From a virus, in IMG/VR virus record IMGVR_UViG_3300006316_000001, positions 42,816-106,815 of that record: a stretch of 64,000 nucleotides of DNA; one strand, given 5' to 3'. Made by a program: the position numbers and the translations under genes. Below the pieces are notes generated by a model. That model was not told the origin of the DNA, ran no database searches, and saw only the letters and a list, made by a program, of their open reading frames with translations. Below, one piece after another: positions 18,356 through 30,100 of the stretch. Within the stretch, counting starts at the first letter, position 1. Each line of letters opens with the position of its first letter.

Positions 18356-20695
18356 ATGTCCCAAAATCTATCACAGGTCAATATTGTCCTGAATGCCAAT
18401 AGTGCTGAGTATGTGAGAAAACTGGCGCAGACTCAGAAGAAAACAAACACTGAACTGAAGAAGATGGAGAAGTCGTACAACAAACTTTCTTCAGCTATTA
18501 GTCCAGTGACATCCACAGCATTAGCTGCAGGTGCCGCATTACTCAGCGTGGCTGAAAATGCCAGACAAAATGCAGTTGAGTTGGAACGGAGCGCCTACGC
18601 TGCTGGTTTGACGGTTCCTGAATTTCAGGCAATGTCGCTCGCAGTTAAAACTGTTGGCATCAATACTGAGCAGTTGGGTTCGATTCTTGGTGACACCGAA
18701 GAGAAAGTTGCTGACTTCCTAACATCAGGTGGTGGTGGGTTTTTGGACTTTGTTGAGGTCATGGGTTTCACAAAAGAAGAAGCTCGTGAAGTTGCCAAAG
18801 AACTCCAAGGTCTTTCCGGACGAGACGTTTTAGTTGAGATGACTCGGCGAATGGAAGAGGCTGGCGTATCTGGTGAGAAAATGAATTTAGCCCTAGAGGG
18901 TATGGCTTCAGATTCCCGCCACCTAATTCCGCTATTACGAGATAATGGTAGAGAATTGGAAACCATGGAAAAGCGCATGGGGTCTTTGGCTACAACTCTT
19001 GAAGAAGAGACTGTTGATGAACTGAACAAACTGGCGACTGTTACGACCATTGTTGCTAATAACATGTCCAACACACTAGCTACCGCGCTTGTTTCTGTTT
19101 CAGATTACTTGCTTGAAGCTGGTGAGAATGCTGCATTCTTTTGGGCTAGTCTACAGACAGGAACTTCGCAACAAGTTCTTTCTGATATGGCAACTGTTTC
19201 TGACCAAATGAATGCAATCAAACGCGAGATTGGTGAACTTGAGGATGGTAATACATTTGCCAACTTCATAGGTCAGGGTGACGAACAGATAGAAAAGCGT
19301 TTGGACCGTCTTGCTGAACTTGAGGTTGAGTATAAGAAATTGTCCGACCAGTACAAGTCACTCCAAGGTCTGGAAGTTCCTGAGCTACCTAGTGGTACAA
19401 TTGAGGTCGACACTGTCATCAATCCACCGGAGCCTAAAACTCAATTCGATAAAGACCTTGAGAAAAAGGCTGGTGATATATCTATGTCCAGCGGTTCATT
19501 ACTTGGAGCGATCTCTCAAGAAGAAATCGAAGCCAGTAATAAACTCATGGAAGAAGAGATGAAGAAGTTGCAACAATACTCTTCTGACCTCAAAGATCTT
19601 TCTAATGAAAATGCGTTGAATCGAGCACTGATGGGTGGAAACCCTGATGAGATTCTTTCAGCGAAGAATGACCTTCTCAATAGCTCAATGCAACAAGAGA
19701 TTGATTCTCTTGATAAGAGCCTGATGACCACTGAGCAGTATGAGGCTAATAAATCTGCCATTGAAGAGAAGTATCGCATACAACGTTCAGAACTGGCTCA
19801 AAGGGATAGTGATGAGCGTATGACGATCATGGAAGAAGAGATCCTGAAAATGGAACAATACTCTTCTGACCTTCAAGCGTTGACTCAGCAAAATGACCTT
19901 TCGCGTGCCATTATAGGTGGTAATCCTGAAGAGATTATTGCTGCCAAGGATGCTCTTCTTGAAACCTCAATGCAACAAGAGATTGATTCTCTTGACCAGA
20001 GACTGATGACTACTGAACAGTTTGAAGCCAATAAAGCTGCCATTGAAGATAAGTACCGTCTGGCGAAACAGCAAGCTGATAAAGATGCTGCTCAAAAGAA
20101 ACATGATTTGGACAAAGCTTATCAGGACATGGAACTCACGGTTGCTAAGACTACCGTTGATAGTCTGGGGCAGATCAATAGCATCATGGGTGAAGATAAC
20201 CAAGTTCTCAATGCTGCTTTATTCGCGGCACAACAAGTTCTGGCAATCGCTCAGGTTACTATAGATACACAACGCGCTAGTATGGCGGCATTGGCCATTG
20301 ACCCGACGGGTTTACTTTCAGCCAAAGCAGAGATGCAAGGTTCTATTGCGTTGGGTATAATTGGTGCGACATCTGTTGCTAAAGCAGCATCAGGTCAATT
20401 CCACGGTGGTATTGATGAACTTCCACAATCAATGGACAACAAATCATTTATGTTGAAAGCTGGTGAGCGTGTTGTTCAACCAAAAGCCAATGAAGAGTTG
20501 ACTGAGTTCTTAGGTGCGCAGAAAGAGAATGGCTACCAGTCTGGTGGTCAACAAGTCATAAACGCACCACTGACCATTAATGGTTCAGTTACAGACGAAG
20601 CTTGGTTCAACAAAAAGCTTGTACAGCACCGCAACACAATAGCGGCTTCTGTTAAGAAAGTTGAGAAAGAGCGACCAAATAAATCTAGACGATAA
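18356..20695 (+). CDS. Tape measure protein
   Basis: Long helical Ala/Glu/Leu-rich protein after the chaperone; C-terminal GQFHGG...LKAGERVV; internal repeat with 94-aa period. Confidence 0.9.
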   Translation: MSQNLSQVNIVLNANSAEYVRKLAQTQKKTNTELKKMEKSYNKLSSAISPVTSTALAAGAALLSVAENARQNAVELERSAYAAGLTVPEFQAMSLAVKTVGINTEQLGSILGDTEEKVADFLTSGGGGFLDFVEVMGFTKEEAREVAKELQGLSGRDVLVEMTRRMEEAGVSGEKMNLALEGMASDSRHLIPLLRDNGRELETMEKRMGSLATTLEEETVDELNKLATVTTIVANNMSNTLATALVSVSDYLLEAGENAAFFWASLQTGTSQQVLSDMATVSDQMNAIKREIGELEDGNTFANFIGQGDEQIEKRLDRLAELEVEYKKLSDQYKSLQGLEVPELPSGTIEVDTVINPPEPKTQFDKDLEKKAGDISMSSGSLLGAISQEEIEASNKLMEEEMKKLQQYSSDLKDLSNENALNRALMGGNPDEILSAKNDLLNSSMQQEIDSLDKSLMTTEQYEANKSAIEEKYRIQRSELAQRDSDERMTIMEEEILKMEQYSSDLQALTQQNDLSRAIIGGNPEEIIAAKDALLETSMQQEIDSLDQRLMTTEQFEANKAAIEDKYRLAKQQADKDAAQKKHDLDKAYQDMELTVAKTTVDSLGQINSIMGEDNQVLNAALFAAQQVLAIAQVTIDTQRASMAALAIDPTGLLSAKAEMQGSIALGIIGATSVAKAASGQFHGGIDELPQSMDNKSFMLKAGERVVQPKANEELTEFLGAQKENGYQSGGQQVINAPLTINGSVTDEAWFNKKLVQHRNTIAASVKKVEKERPNKSRR

Positions 20696-20715
20696 TATCT
20701 CCAAAGGAGGAGACT

Positions 20716-21303
20716 ATGGCTGATAATACACTTCCAGACAATCTGGTTTTCTCCGATGTTGTTTTGGACATTTTTATTCCGACTTTCACATCAGAAAGTT
20801 TGAGTCTGAAGAAAAGCAGTAAGCACCGTGGATTGCACAAATTGTCGGGATCAATCGATGTTACGATAGGCGGCTTAGACGAACAGCGAGCGTACATTGC
20901 ATTCATCAATAAATGTCGTGGACAAAGCGCAACGTTCGAACTTGATTTGCCGTTACACTTTAGTAACGATGGTATTGTCGGTGTCGTCCAAACAACAGCA
21001 TCATCGGGAGTTGGTGCTGTTGAACTTCAATTGGGTGCAACATTTTCCGGCTTTATACGAGCGGGTTCCATGTTCACTATTCTGAACGACGATAAGACGT
21101 ATGTTGTGGAAGAAGATGTTTTGGCTGGTGGAATAATGAAGTTCTTCCCTGCCATGCGCCTAGCTCATCCAACTGGCACTGTTATCGAGGTTCGTGAACC
21201 TAAGATAACCGCGCGATTCGATGTTGATAAGCAATCTTTGAGCTTCACAGATCAGGGACAAATTGTCACTCATACCATCAAATGGGAGGAAGCGTTGAAA
21301 TGA
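20716..21303 (+). CDS. Distal tail protein (Dit-like)
   Basis: First gene after TMP; AFI...RGQ...F, FFPAMR. Confidence 0.7.
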   Translation: MADNTLPDNLVFSDVVLDIFIPTFTSESLSLKKSSKHRGLHKLSGSIDVTIGGLDEQRAYIAFINKCRGQSATFELDLPLHFSNDGIVGVVQTTASSGVGAVELQLGATFSGFIRAGSMFTILNDDKTYVVEEDVLAGGIMKFFPAMRLAHPTGTVIEVREPKITARFDVDKQSLSFTDQGQIVTHTIKWEEALK

Positions 21304-22166
21304 TAGAATATCTAAACACGCAAATTACCATCGGAACTGACGGTGGTGTGAACTTCGGATATGACAGTTTAGAGCCATATGGTAACATTACTGATGCGAC
21401 ATTTGGGCAATCTACCGTCACTCGAATCATAAATACTGTCGATGGTGTTTGGCAATTGTATCTGACTGACAATCAATATGCCGGAACATTACCTGACCGA
21501 TTGACCCTCACTGTCAACAGGAATAATAAAATTGTTGTTACGCGAACCAGTAATGCGGTTTGGCAATCTTCAGACCCAGATACTACACTTGTGGGACTTG
21601 GTTTCGGTGCGACAGCACAAATAGCCGTTCATGTTGATGCCATCAATATTGTTATGATTGACCTAGACCTTACCAGAAATGGTGGACGGGTATTTAGGCT
21701 CGCGTCTTCAGCTCATGACGTGCAATGGAATGGTTACACATACCAAGCTGTGGGTGACCTTCTTGATGTTGAAGGTTTAGACGAAACTGCTGATCTGACA
21801 TCAATTGGTACCACTATAGGCTTGAATGGTGTTGATCCGGCATATCGTGCTGAGATTGATTCCAATGCGTTTCTTCGTGCGCCAATTGACATCATGATAG
21901 GTACATTGCCTGAAGGTGGTGACCAAGTTCTTGATTCACAATATTGGCATCGCGGAACATGTGATACGCCAAACACTGTAATTGACTATTCGTCAGACCC
22001 AGCAACTATGAGAATTGAGGTATCCACTCAATCAATATTCGGGAACTTGGATAAGGTTCCGGATCTATGTAGAACATCTCAAGGCTCGCATTCTTCGAGA
22101 CATCCTGGAGATTTATTCTTTTCGAAAGTTGCGTCAATTTCTCAAGAAGAAGTTTGGAGGACATGA
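21300..22166 (+). CDS. Minor tail / tail hub protein
   Basis: D..WNGYTYQAVG.LL.V...ET; C-terminal Q....PGD.FF. Confidence 0.7.
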   Translation: MIEYLNTQITIGTDGGVNFGYDSLEPYGNITDATFGQSTVTRIINTVDGVWQLYLTDNQYAGTLPDRLTLTVNRNNKIVVTRTSNAVWQSSDPDTTLVGLGFGATAQIAVHVDAINIVMIDLDLTRNGGRVFRLASSAHDVQWNGYTYQAVGDLLDVEGLDETADLTSIGTTIGLNGVDPAYRAEIDSNAFLRAPIDIMIGTLPEGGDQVLDSQYWHRGTCDTPNTVIDYSSDPATMRIEVSTQSIFGNLDKVPDLCRTSQGSHSSRHPGDLFFSKVASISQEEVWRT

Positions 22167-22549
22167 TGGATAAGAAACAAATATTCGACCACCTTCGACC
22201 TTTACTTGGGCAGAAATTGGAGTATGGGGTTAACGATTGTAACCTAGTATTCTTAGAACTATTCTACCCAGAAATGGCCGATGCAATTCGGGGTAGATAC
22301 AAAACTGAGCGTGGTGGTTTTTCCGTAGCCAAGAGAGAATTTGGGTACGCGAACGTCGGTCAATTATTAGACGACTATGATGAATGGGAAGAAATTGATA
22401 ATTCCTTCGCTTCATTTGGTGACGTGTTGTTCAGAATAAAATCTGTGTCTATATGTCTTGGTGATAAGACATTCAGCTTTGATGCTGATGGCTTCAAACT
22501 TATATCGACTAATCGTTTGGTTGGTACATTATATAGAAAGGTGAAGTGA
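22163..22549 (+). CDS. NlpC/P60-like tail tip assembly protein
   Basis: YGVNDC.L...RGRYKT..G...A.FGDV. Confidence 0.7.
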   Translation: MMDKKQIFDHLRPLLGQKLEYGVNDCNLVFLELFYPEMADAIRGRYKTERGGFSVAKREFGYANVGQLLDDYDEWEEIDNSFASFGDVLFRIKSVSICLGDKTFSFDADGFKLISTNRLVGTLYRKVK

Positions 22550-25500
22550 TGGAAGCAGGTACTATTGCTCTGATATCATTAGTGCTGTCCGCAGCTAGTG
22601 CTATCTATGCCATGACCCTAAATCTTGACACTGATGATCAGGATGATAACGGTTCCACGATAAATAAATCGGGAACATCTGCGAGTCGCAATCCAGTCTA
22701 TGGTACTTGTCGAACTGGTGCTGTTCCCGTTTACAATAATGTTTCTGACGCAAGTCAGTCACAGCTTCTTAATGTGTTCGCTTGTGGTATTGGTGTTACA
22801 CATGTTAAACAGATTTATATTGATGATGTGCAAGTGCTTACTGATGATGGTATGTACCGAGAATCTGGCACAAACATCAACCAACTCCGCTTCAGCGGAT
22901 CAAGCCTAGCTAACGGCTTCGAGAAACAGTGTGAAGTGCAAATTCGCGCTGGGTTGGATACTGGTATTCCATTGGGTCTTGCTGTAGAATTTGGTGATGG
23001 CGAGTTCACTACGGACTTTCGCGGTGACCGAGTTTGTGCTATGGCCATAAAGTCCCAACGTATCATAGATGATCAAGGCATTCGTATAATGTCTGATAAT
23101 TTCGAGGTTAATCTCCTTGTTGATGGTTTACCCCTATATGATCCTCGCTTCAACACAGAACCATCAGAGAAACAGTTTGAGCATGGTAATTCAGTTCCTG
23201 CAGGGAACCGTGAGTGTGGTCGAAATCCCGCTCTTGCTGCATTGGACTACCTTACTGATGACTACTATGGTATGGCTATCCCGTTCGAATACATTAATGT
23301 TGAATCGTTCGGTGAATGTGCTAACTGGTGTGACTCTAATGGATTCCGTATCGACGGTCAGATTGATAGCTCTGGTGCATTCTCTAAAGCCCTGAAGGGT
23401 ATTGTTGATTGTGCTGGTCTAATCTTAACCATTGAGAATGGTCAAATACACTGTCACTATGAAGATGCTGTTTTGGCTCCTAGTGCTAGCTTTGACCACG
23501 ATAACATCATTAACGGTAGCCTTAGTGTCGAAGAAGCTAACTCAAGCTCATACTACAATGTGATTGAGGTTGAGTACAAGAACAGTGAATTGAATGATGA
23601 TCAGGACGTGTATACGATTCCTGCTAACACTCAAACTGACCCAACAATCGCAAATGATGGGTTCATCAATTCGAGTACCTTATCTCTACCATTCGTTCGT
23701 ATGTCCGGTTCAGAATCCAATAGTATAGATTCGCAGGTCAAGAAGTTGGCCAACCGAGAGTTAAAGCGAGGGCAGTTCTTACGGAAAGTTTCATTCGATA
23801 CCGACCTGTGGGAAAATCCGGTTCAGATTTATGACGTCATTGCAGTTTCAGATGAGAATCTGGGATGGGGTCCAACTGAGACGAACCCTTCTAATCCTCC
23901 TAAGTTGTTTCGAATTACAGACATCAATAAGTCTTTGTCAGATGAACAGGGTATATCTATCGCAACTCTTTCTTGTGTTGAGTATGATGATAGTGTGTAC
24001 TCGGGTACTATTGATGGTACTGACCCAAGTAAACCAGTTCCGAAACCGAACATAAGTGCACCTGTAGGGTTGAGCTTTGATCTGTATGATTATGTTACTG
24101 ACGGGTATGGTACGTTTTCTTGGAAACGAACTTGGTTCGAGACTGAGTGTGATTACATTGTCGATTACAAGCGCACCAATGATGTTGGTTGGACTCGTTT
24201 GGGTAGAACCAAAGACACTGAGTGGAAGGTTAGTAGACTCCAGCCTGATAGTTATGACTTCAGAGTTGCGACAAATTCTAATTTATATGGCACTAGTGAC
24301 TTCAACGCATTGACTGGAATTGTGATATCTCCATTAGGTACATTGCCTGATGTGACTGGCGCAACTGCTGAATTCTCTGGTGTGAACTGTGAGTTATTCT
24401 GGGATGATATGTTAGGTGAGCCTGTTACTGGTTATCCTGATAGTCCTGAATCTGGTAAGCGTGTCGTTGGTGACATATTCAGTCATTATCGCGTTAGTAT
24501 CTTTGATGATGGTAATGACCTTCTCAGAGTAATCCAAGCTTCGACGAATGAGTATCTGTATACATACCAACAGAACATTGTTGATGGTACTAACCGTACT
24601 ATCCGCGCTGAGATTGAGATTGTGTCATTGGACGGCACATCTAGTTTAGTGGACCCGACAACAAGTGCGGTAACAGTGACAAACCCGCAGTGCGTTCAGC
24701 CCACTATTAGGTATGAGAACACTGCATTAAGTACGACTGTTATTGAGTGGGATCCGCCACCGGAATTAAATGATGATTACCGCATCACCAAAATCTATTC
24801 CAGTACGGATTCAGGATTTACGCCTATTGATGCGCCACCTCCAACGGGTAATCTTATTGCTGAGCAGGTTGGTACAGTCTTCACTCGAGTGTGGGATGAC
24901 GAAGATAATCACTATATTCGTTTAGCGCACGTTGACGTATTCGACAATTCAAATCAAAAATATACTGGTGAGATTCTAGCGAAACCTAGCCAAATAGAAT
25001 TGCCGATAGATAATCGGTTTGCTGAGATACGAAATCCTGATGGAGCGCAAGGTCCAGAACAGGTATTGAAAGCTGCTGATGGGTCATTCGTTTCTGCCAT
25101 TGGTTTGTTTGCTGATGAAGAAACTGAAGACACCACAGTATTGATAGCTGCAGAGAAAGTTCTATTCGGTGTTGGTGGTCGTCCGTATTGGAGTTCTAGT
25201 GAGAGCTATAGTGTTGGTGACCGTGTCTTATTCGTTTGGGGTTCTGATCCAATTACTGATACTGGTTATTTCGAAGCTTTGAAAGCCAGCGTCAATGCAC
25301 CACCAACCCTCAACGGTAATGCCAATTGGAGAATGTATCAATCTAATGTGAACCAATCAGTGTTTGCTGTTCAGGATGATGGTAGGGTTCTGATTCGTAA
25401 TGCTGTCATTGAAGACCTCAATGGTGGTAAGATTACAGTCGGAACTTTGCACGGTGATAGAATAATCGCCAACACCATTCAGGGCAATCAGATAAGCTCG

Positions 25501-25830
25501 GCAACAACCATCATTGCTGGTTCTGGGTCATCTCAAGCTGGTATGAATGGTGATGATGTCACTAATGCCGCTTATTCTGGATGGAGATTCTGGGCTGGTA
25601 GTTCTACTCCAAGCGCAGCTCCATTCAGGGTGACATATTCTGGTGCCACCTATATGACTAATGCTACAATCACTGGTGGTTCTCTGAACGTTAATGGTAA
25701 ATTCATTGTTCAATCTAACGGAACAACTACAATAAAATCCGCATCTTCTGGATCACGTCTCGTAATGAGTGGTGATCGTTTGGAAGTCTATGAGGGTTCC
25801 ACATTAAGAGTTAGAATTGGGAGATTATAA
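22549..25830 (+). CDS. Central tail tip / host specificity protein (J-like) with FN3 and a CBM5/12-like module
   Basis: PVYG...G, NPALAALDYLTD..YG; FN3 (W...Y.V.YK...W...L.P..Y.FRV); YWSSSESYSVGDRV...YFEAL...PP...NW; C-terminal LRVRIGRL. Confidence 0.85.
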   Translation: MEAGTIALISLVLSAASAIYAMTLNLDTDDQDDNGSTINKSGTSASRNPVYGTCRTGAVPVYNNVSDASQSQLLNVFACGIGVTHVKQIYIDDVQVLTDDGMYRESGTNINQLRFSGSSLANGFEKQCEVQIRAGLDTGIPLGLAVEFGDGEFTTDFRGDRVCAMAIKSQRIIDDQGIRIMSDNFEVNLLVDGLPLYDPRFNTEPSEKQFEHGNSVPAGNRECGRNPALAALDYLTDDYYGMAIPFEYINVESFGECANWCDSNGFRIDGQIDSSGAFSKALKGIVDCAGLILTIENGQIHCHYEDAVLAPSASFDHDNIINGSLSVEEANSSSYYNVIEVEYKNSELNDDQDVYTIPANTQTDPTIANDGFINSSTLSLPFVRMSGSESNSIDSQVKKLANRELKRGQFLRKVSFDTDLWENPVQIYDVIAVSDENLGWGPTETNPSNPPKLFRITDINKSLSDEQGISIATLSCVEYDDSVYSGTIDGTDPSKPVPKPNISAPVGLSFDLYDYVTDGYGTFSWKRTWFETECDYIVDYKRTNDVGWTRLGRTKDTEWKVSRLQPDSYDFRVATNSNLYGTSDFNALTGIVISPLGTLPDVTGATAEFSGVNCELFWDDMLGEPVTGYPDSPESGKRVVGDIFSHYRVSIFDDGNDLLRVIQASTNEYLYTYQQNIVDGTNRTIRAEIEIVSLDGTSSLVDPTTSAVTVTNPQCVQPTIRYENTALSTTVIEWDPPPELNDDYRITKIYSSTDSGFTPIDAPPPTGNLIAEQVGTVFTRVWDDEDNHYIRLAHVDVFDNSNQKYTGEILAKPSQIELPIDNRFAEIRNPDGAQGPEQVLKAADGSFVSAIGLFADEETEDTTVLIAAEKVLFGVGGRPYWSSSESYSVGDRVLFVWGSDPITDTGYFEALKASVNAPPTLNGNANWRMYQSNVNQSVFAVQDDGRVLIRNAVIEDLNGGKITVGTLHGDRIIANTIQGNQISSATTIIAGSGSSQAGMNGDDVTNAAYSGWRFWAGSSTPSAAPFRVTYSGATYMTNATITGGSLNVNGKFIVQSNGTTTIKSASSGSRLVMSGDRLEVYEGSTLRVRIGRL

Positions 25831-27041
25831 TGGCTGCTTACGGTATGAATCTATACTTTAGCGGGTATCCTGTCATAAACTTGGAGGGGTGGTTAGCAAT
25901 CATGCCCATTGGTGCAAGAGCGCATTCAACGGGCACTTCAGCGAACACCCCTAGTCGAGTTAGTTACTCAATGGGTTACTCAATCCCATATAAGTCTGGA
26001 GCCTCCGTAACAGTATCAGGTGGCGCCAGACATAATAAAGGTTTGACATCGGATACACGTGTGGCTGCAGTCACAGATACAACCGTGGGTGCTTCTTCGG
26101 CCACCATAACATATCAACCTCAAGGTTCACCAACTTCAGAAAATGCTTGGACTGGATGTGTGGCATATGCTACTGCTGATCAGCGTTATCTCAGCGATAC
26201 TTCTGGGTATGGCATATTCACTAACAATAATGGCGTTAGTACGGTTCTGAATAATCAAACTCCGCCAATGATAGTTAGACAGAGATATGAGCAAGATGTT
26301 AGTGCAAACTATTCAGGAGTGGTTGTATTTTCGCCGCCTGAGTTGAATAAAAATTTACAGACTAACTTTGCTACTACAGTTTATGTTGGATGTAGAAATA
26401 ATGAAGCTGCTTGTCATGCATACCTGTACCCGAAAGATGGTGAATCATTTTCTTCTGGTGCTGATGTGCATGTTAGATTTTTCAGTAAGGATGCTTCGCA
26501 CGGTTCCCGAATCTTCAACTATGGTGGTAATGCTGCAACGAGAGTTTATTGTCTCGTGGCTGACAATAATAATGCTTCTGCCCCATCTGGGTATGGTGTG
26601 GCCATTTATAATTCATCTGGTGCATTGACCATGTCAGAAAACGCAGTTCCTGTGTTATGTAAGGGCGTTGTCAACAGCTTCAAAATGTCATACAATTACA
26701 ATGGTACCACAACTTTCCCATTCTCCACACAATCTGTTTCTGGTTTAAGTGGGAACTTGACATCTTCCGACACATTCCTATTTCAAGTACATCCCAATCA
26801 ACGTGGTGGGTACATGTACGTTGACAATATGGGTGGTTTCGCCCCAACTGCTGATGTTGGTCCAATGATCTCATATGTTAGTGGTGGTAGTGTCCGAACC
26901 TCCATGATAGTCACATCAAGGGGCAATATAGTCAACGCTGGATCCTTGGGGTGGAGGCATTACCATGTTGATACGCCCTTTCTATCACAATCAATACCGC
27001 TTCTAGTGGTTAGAGGTGAAGACTACTTCACTTCACTGTAA
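25830..27041 (+). CDS. Tail tip-associated protein, possible receptor-binding protein
   Basis: Repeated (S)GYG...N..G motifs; follows the J-like gene. Confidence 0.6.
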   Translation: MAAYGMNLYFSGYPVINLEGWLAIMPIGARAHSTGTSANTPSRVSYSMGYSIPYKSGASVTVSGGARHNKGLTSDTRVAAVTDTTVGASSATITYQPQGSPTSENAWTGCVAYATADQRYLSDTSGYGIFTNNNGVSTVLNNQTPPMIVRQRYEQDVSANYSGVVVFSPPELNKNLQTNFATTVYVGCRNNEAACHAYLYPKDGESFSSGADVHVRFFSKDASHGSRIFNYGGNAATRVYCLVADNNNASAPSGYGVAIYNSSGALTMSENAVPVLCKGVVNSFKMSYNYNGTTTFPFSTQSVSGLSGNLTSSDTFLFQVHPNQRGGYMYVDNMGGFAPTADVGPMISYVSGGSVRTSMIVTSRGNIVNAGSLGWRHYHVDTPFLSQSIPLLVVRGEDYFTSL

Positions 27042-27188
27042 AACAATAAACTTTTGGCTCCGAGAGGGTTGCCAATTGGAACTAGGGGTAAGTTTACCGC
27101 TTACTCCATAACTAGCCTGATTGGCATATAAATTTAACTAAAACCCCTATTCTGAGCAACAGGGATTTACCCAACAAAAGGAAAAGCT

Positions 27189-30100
27189 ATGGCTATTCAA
27201 ACTGAGAGTTTCCCAATTACCGTTAGACGTGGTGATACGACACTATTCCGTTGGTGTCTTGAATATGTTGATCCTGTTACTGGTGTCGTCATCGGTCCAG
27301 TCGACATGTCTGGTTGGGTCATTCGTGCTGCCGCAAAGTATGATCAAGCGAGCGTGGTATACAACTTCCCAATCGACTCAACACCTGTAAATGGTATTTT
27401 TGAAACATACATTAATGAAGCTGATTCTAAGAAGCTTCTTGAGACTGACTCTTCAGTCGGTCTAACAGCAAAATATGAAATTGAATTCACAATCCCGAAC
27501 GGTGCGCGTGAAGAAGTTGCAACAGTCATAAATGCACCATTTGTGGTAATCCCTGATCTTGTTGGTGATGATCTTGGTGGTGACGGTGGTGATCCAGGAA
27601 CGACATTGTCGTCAGCTTCATCACCATTCGGTGTGCAGAGCGTTAACCGTTCTTCTTCTACGCAAGTTACCGATTTGGGTAACGGGACACTATTCCGCGT
27701 CAACACTGATCCAATCGAAGGTCTACCGACAGGCATCACTCCAGAGTCTGGAGAGTATGATGTACGAATCACATTCAGTGAGTCTAATCCTGGATACAAT
27801 TCAGAGATTACATCTATTGGTACATGGGAAGGTATCATCTTCAATACGACTCAACGTCTTGATGATCTTGTTGATACCCCTAATACAAAAGTTGACCGCG
27901 CATTCTTGGTATCAAATACAACACAGAGCACTGAGTGGGTTAAGCCTACTGTGACTGCGTTGGATGGTATTAAGATCGTTGATGAGGAATTGATTGATTC
28001 ACCGAAGGTTGGTCTATCGATTACCAGTATCGCTCAGGAATCGCAAGCTGCATCAACAACAGACATGATCGCTATCGAAATTCCTGGAGTGGGTGTCCGT
28101 AAGATTAGCGTTCAGAAATTCAACGCTAGTGTGGCAGCATACCGTCCTCGTGGCTCAATCGCTTTGGACAACTTCAGTAGCGGTGGTACAGTCACTGATG
28201 ATTACGATGGTGTTGTGGTTGTTAATGCTACTACCGCTCCACCTACAGCGTCAAATGGCGCGTCATACGTGTCAACTCGTGATGCTGAATCGAACAGTAT
28301 TGATGGCACTGAGACCAACTATAAAGTTGGTGATATTCTGATTTGGGATGGCGATAGCTGGGTTCGAGCTACTAGTGGTGTTGAATCTTGGCAAGGTAAG
28401 CAGGGTGAAGTTAAAGTTGAGCTTGGTGATTTGAGTTCTTCAATAATCCATGTGGGTTCTAATGTGGGTAAGTCTGTTGAGACTGAGCAGAATGAGCAGA
28501 ATGCTAGACTCTCACAAAATGAGACTGATATCCAAACCATCAATACCCGTTCTCTTGAGAATAGTGCTAAGATTGATGCTATCGAAATGGCACCAGTGTT
28601 CCCGCAGTCTTATGACTTCGAAGCTGATAAAGAAATTCGTAAACGTGCACTTTCTGGTTCAGGCTTTATTGAATGGGGTAAACACCCAACAAACTTATCA
28701 TCGTTCGAAATGCCTATCAATGAGGGGATGTTCACATCAGGTTCCATTGATAACTCACGAAAGGGTTTATTGACCATCGGTGCCAGTAATTCAGCCCTTT
28801 CTCTGGAGGGTTCGTCCCGTTCAGATTATGCGGTTCTTAATTCTGAGGGTGTTGAGTATTTCCTTTCTGATTTTGAAGATGATAGTTATGGCATTCAAGC
28901 CCCATTCCCTGATTCGCCAGACGGTTCTAAGATTTTTGATAATATTAGTGGTGAAGTGCGCAAGTATAATAGTAATCCAGGAATTGGTACTGAGTATGAA
29001 GCATATACCATCAACTTTGACGGTAATACGTGGTTGGATCTGTCAGAAAATCGATACATGTTACCTGTTGGGTCAACTGTCGAATTCAAATTTATCTGGA
29101 CCGAAGTTGGCGGTTCTAATCGTCTAATGTTTGAATCATATCTACAAAAATCTAGAGTTTTTGTTGATGGCGTTACTAAGAATTTGGCTATTACTGGATT
29201 CAACAACCCAACCATCAATGGAGCTGGAGTGACATCTCAGACATTTACTATCGAAGATGGTGTAGAGTATCACTTCAGTGGAACTGTAGTGGCTGATACC
29301 TCAACTGATAGGGTGGGTATAAGTAGCACTGGATCTGCTGCATTTTTGGGTAATATTTGGGACATTAAGCTTGCTTCTAGTGAAGATGGTGTTGACCCTA
29401 TTGAATTCAATACAGTGAAACACCAACCCAAAGCTGATAATGTGCCGTCATTCCCTACCGTTGGTGGTGACGTTAACCCTAACTATGTAACTGGATACTA
29501 TGTTGACTATGATGATGATGGTGTTGTTAAAATACCAACCTTCCCTCTTTCAGATAAGTTGACATTGACAGTTTCATTCAGAGCTGACGACGTATCTAGA
29601 ACTATGTGGTTTGGTACTGATTCTGTCTCTGGTGGTCGATTATACTTCAACAATGATGTGACTCAAAATCAATTTGACATCAGTATTGGTTCATCAGCAA
29701 ATACTTTAGTCTTTGACAGAATTGATGTTGGTAAAGTTTACACTGCTGTTGTTGAGTTGGTCAAGGGTAGTGATGGTAAATATTCTGCGACTGCTAACAT
29801 GGACGGTCAAACAAGAACATCTTACCCTGAAACATATACCGTTGATGAAATCGATGATTTCTGGTTAGGTGGTATGGGTAATGATGGTAACCCATCAGAT
29901 AGATGGAATGGTGACATCTTCGATCTCAGAATCGAATATCCTGATGCTCCTGATATGAATCGCTATTATAGTGGTTTTGAAAGCGTGAATCCGCAAGATC
30001 GTTTAACCGTTACTGATAATGATGGTTTCGGTGAGAATGATTGGTCTCCATCATTTTCAGAACATAGCACATCTAGATATGTGGAGATACCTGAATGGAG

